This document shows positions 60,401 to 64,000 of a stretch of DNA of 64,000 nucleotides, piece by piece; positions within the stretch are counted from its first letter, which is position 1; the number at the start of each line of letters is the position of its first letter. The stretch is from Felis catus. Its lineage: Eukaryota. Both the position numbers and the translations under genes were made by a program. The notes under the pieces were generated by a model. It searched no databases. It saw only the letters and a list, made by a program, of their open reading frames with translations, and was not told the origin of the DNA. Location: contig NC_058369.1 in NCBI RefSeq assembly GCF_018350175.1, forward strand, positions 12,154,001 to 12,218,000, in the 5' to 3' direction.

Positions 60401-63400
60401 TCCGGGGCCAGGGCCTTCCACTGCCGGCGGCCTACCCCCTGTGATAGGTCTGGAGCCTTGAACCAGGCCGAGCTCTGTCCTCGGGCCCAGAGAGACACAG
60501 GTGGATGCAGCCAAGAGGCAGAACAGGTCGCGGGGTCAGTGGGACAGCAAAAGCCCTGAGGAAGACAGGGGTCAAATGAGGAAGACTCAGTCCCCTGCCA
60601 AGACCATGCCGGCCCCCCAGGAAGCTCAGAGCAAGAGGGGCAGACGGGGCTGGCAGGACTGTGGTAGGGCAAGGAGGTTCTTCCCTCCGCAGCCACTGCC
60701 CCCCCGTTCTGGGCTCGGTGGACACCTGTCCTTTTAGGAACAGAAGGCAGGGAGTCCTGCAGCTCAAGTTTCTGGAACGTCTGCACAAAGAGTGCAGTGG
60801 TCAGGAGGAGGCTGGGAGGCCCTGCCTGGGCTGGAGGCCCGGCCCTGCCACAGCCAACTGCTCGGTGCCTCAGCTTCCTCATCCGTGAAATGGCCATAAT
60901 GACAGGCCCTCGCTCTAGGACTGCAGCAAAAATGCAACGAAGTCATGTGTAAACAGCTCCAACAGGCACCCCAAAAACACTGGCCCAAGATGGCAAAATG
61001 ATCATGCCAAGGGTGTGGCCGTGGTCAAATTCTTTTAGATGCCCATAGGAACTTGCGGATGCCCCATCAGCTACTGATGTTTTATTCCTGCCGTTTCCCA
61101 TTAACCATAGACCCTGCCCCTGGAGGGCGACAGCGTGAGAGTTGAGGCGAAGTGTCAAGGTCTATTTAGAGTCTGTAGTCTGGGAATGGGGGTAAGGGAT
61201 GGCGGGCAAAGTTGCTGGGAGAGCATGTGGGTTCTGCTCCTGCCCCCGCCATTCACCAAACACAGGCTCATGCGATTTCTGCACAACCTGAGATAGGCAG
61301 GCGGGAATCAAAACCAATTTCTTAGCAGGGAGGTGGCATGACCAGCCCAAAGGCCCCCCACGTGGACCCCAGTCTTCGTCCCGACTATTGGGAATGCACC
61401 AGCTCTGGAGTGGCAGCTGGAGCCCTCTGGACACACCCCGCTGTGCGTCGGGTACGCGGGGTCCCCGTCCATCCAGCCCACGAGCTGCAGCCTGGACCAC
61501 GAGCCATAGCGATGGCCCCAGCTGGTGGAGGGCACTTGCAGGCCAGGATGGCCCTCTGTCCCCTCTGTGCTCAAACCCACTGAGCTGGTGAGCTCCCTCC
61601 AGTGGGACAGGGCTCCACCCATAAAGGCCCACTGCCACCACGTCCGCGAGCCACAGCACTTCTAACACCACACAGCCCGAGAGCAACATTTCCGAATCCC
61701 AATTTTCACAACTCCAGGTTTCCCAAGAAGCCTCCTCTGGGACCCGACCCGTTCCTCCTCAGGCTGCAGCTTCAGGGAAAGTCGCTATTTTTAGAAGGGT
61801 TTCAGTGAAGCCGGCAGGGGCTCTCCGGGCTGGCACAGCGTGAAGCGTGCTCAGAAAGAAAAAAAAAAAAGAAAAAGAAGAGAAAAGCCACTATAAAAAG
61901 CACCTCTGAGAGGAACATGTTTGGGTTCACGGTTTAAAGAGTTGGTTTAAAGCAAGCTACTCTCACCTTTTAAGAAACGGCCCTAAATAGGAATGCATAG
62001 CTTTAAAAACCACTGGAAAAACGACTGGAAAGGGCCTGACGACCAGCCAAGGACGGCACGGATGGCTTTTTTTCATGGGGGGAGGGAGTGAAATAATTAT
62101 GTTCAGGTCTTGTTCTTACTCTCAGATGCTCAGAATTTGTTCTTAAAGCAAGGGGATGGATTAACACGGGTCTAAAAACATCTCTGCGGGTTGGGGGGTG
62201 GGAGGACCTCCCCTGCCAGCAGCAAGCCCAAAGATTCTCCCGAAGGAATGTGCTGGAACCGGCTCTCTGGCGGTCACCTTCCCTCCGCACCGCCACGCAG
62301 AGGAGGACACCTCGACTTAGGGTGGAGTCAAGAAAGGGCTCCGTGTGCATCGCCTTGCCACCCCACTCAGAAGGGGAAAAGCTGGCAATGTAAAAAACAC
62401 ACACAAAAAAACAAAACCAAGAAGCCAAAAAAAAAAAAAAAAAAAAAAAAAGCCTTCTCGCCACTTTACTTTCATTTCCTTCAGCATTTTATTTATACAC
62501 ACGATGTTTTTCTTGAAAAACAGAAAGAGAACCGAAGGGGAAAACAGAGTCCTACCAGGTTAGGGCTCGGTGTACAGCTGGACAAGTGGCAGGACACTGG
62601 GAGGTGACGGGAGCGTGGAAACAAAACAAAGGAGCACTGGAGACAAATTTTCCACGGCCCCGTCCAGCTCCGTCCAGCCAGTGCCTCCAACAGGAAGGGG
62701 CCACCAGCTCTGGAGTCACAAGTGCACGTGTGTGTGCGGCCTGATCAAGGGACACGAGGACAAGGAGAGGGAAGCCCAGAGCCCATCCAGACTGGCCGCC
62801 CTGCGCAGCCCCCGCCAGCCCATGCAGCCTCGATGAGGACACCTCTCAAAAGGGCACCTCTTGTGCCCTTGTCCTTGTCTCAGCTCTGGCCACTGGCGGC
62901 TCACTCCCTCTGTCTTTGGGACCAGCCTCCCAAAGGGAGAGGGCTCGCTCCGACAGCTGGAGAATGCAATGCAGGCCCCTTCGTTTGGGGACTGCTGCCA
63001 CCGTGTGGCACAAGTTTTCTGCTTTCAAGAGGTGATTTTCCTGCCTACTAAGCAGGGACGAGAAAGCGAAGGATGCACAGCTCCACTCCAGGAGCAGGGA
63101 GGGCCGTGTGTAACAGCCGCCAAGTGATAGGCAAACGTCCGAGCAAATCTCCTGTCCTGGGGCCTTCTGGCCAATCCCAGACAGCATCCTGACCGTCCGA
63201 GTCCCAGCGTTCCCACACGAGGGACAGAGGCTTGCTCCCCGCAGGCACTGCAACGAGAGGCAGCTACACCAGCACCTCCAAGCTCCCTCCTGTGACAGCC
63301 GATGGCTAAGCAGACACCCTCTCTCTGGCCAGAAACTGGGTTTGCTACCTTGACGATGTACGCTCAATGTGCTTCTCTGAAAACCCGAACGGAGTCTCAA

Positions 63401-64000
63401 AGGTTTCTCAGAAGCCGTGTGCCACAATCACACACTGGCTCACCACAAGCGCTCAGTGCCCAGACGAGTGTGTGTCCCTCAGGCTGAGTGCACGTGGAGC
63501 CAGCAGGCCCCCTGGGCTGGCTCGGCGGGGACGGGCGGGGGAGGGGTGGGGGGCTGCCCAGCAGGGGTGGGCAGCGTGCAGGAAGCAAGTGACTCCTTGC
63601 TGCGGATGCTCGGCTCCCACGTGCTCCGAGATGCCCTCCCCAGCTCCCTCTCCACCATCTGGCTTGTGAGCCTTCCCCACTAGGAGGTAAGACCAGGGAC
63701 GGGGACGGGCTCCCGCTTGTGGCCACCACTCGCCCCCACACACACCACGGCGATGGCACCTGGGCTGGAGCCGGTGGATACTGAAGACTGCAGGAATGAG
63801 TGAAGAAGCATGGCTCTGGGGCCGCGGGCTGTGAGGCCCTCACCTGCCTGCAGAGACTATCAGCAAGCAGCAGAGCACAAGTGGGTCCTCGGGACGGGGC
63901 CCTGAGGCCCACATGGGGCACACCTAATGCCGCTTTCCCAAATTCTTATCAGAGAAGTACGTACTCATACTTAAAACCAAGGGACACTAAAGGTTATAAC

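Overview
Mammalian DNA, almost certainly felid (16 carnivore tRNA-derived Can-SINEs, mostly of the SINEC_Fc type), GC-rich. The window holds the complete three-exon KLF2 gene on the + strand (CDS 14921-14995, 15238-16075, 16684-16859; 362 aa) inside a CpG island with a MEF2/TATA promoter. The 3' end of EPS15L1 lies convergently on the - strand (exons 58881-58749, 44378-44173, 39232-39086), with alternative C-termini with or without the UIMs. The rest is intergenic or intronic DNA with Can-SINEs, old L1/L2/MIR fragments, MLT1 LTRs, MER20/MER58 DNA transposons and microsatellites. The most unusual observation is in KLF2 intron 1: a ~36-bp tandem repeat whose unit is the reverse complement of the exon-2 segment encoding [10 protein letters not shown] (up to 25 nt of perfect complementarity), so the pre-mRNA could fold across its own 3' splice site. 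Other leads are two cryptic ~52-bp repeats flanking the KLF2 CpG core, several MEF2/ETS/CArG/FOX motif clusters that may be KLF2 enhancers, a ~29-kb SINE-free zone, and coupled splicing/polyadenylation at the EPS15L1 3' end. Repeat subfamily names and boundaries were judged by eye and are approximate; no searches were run.
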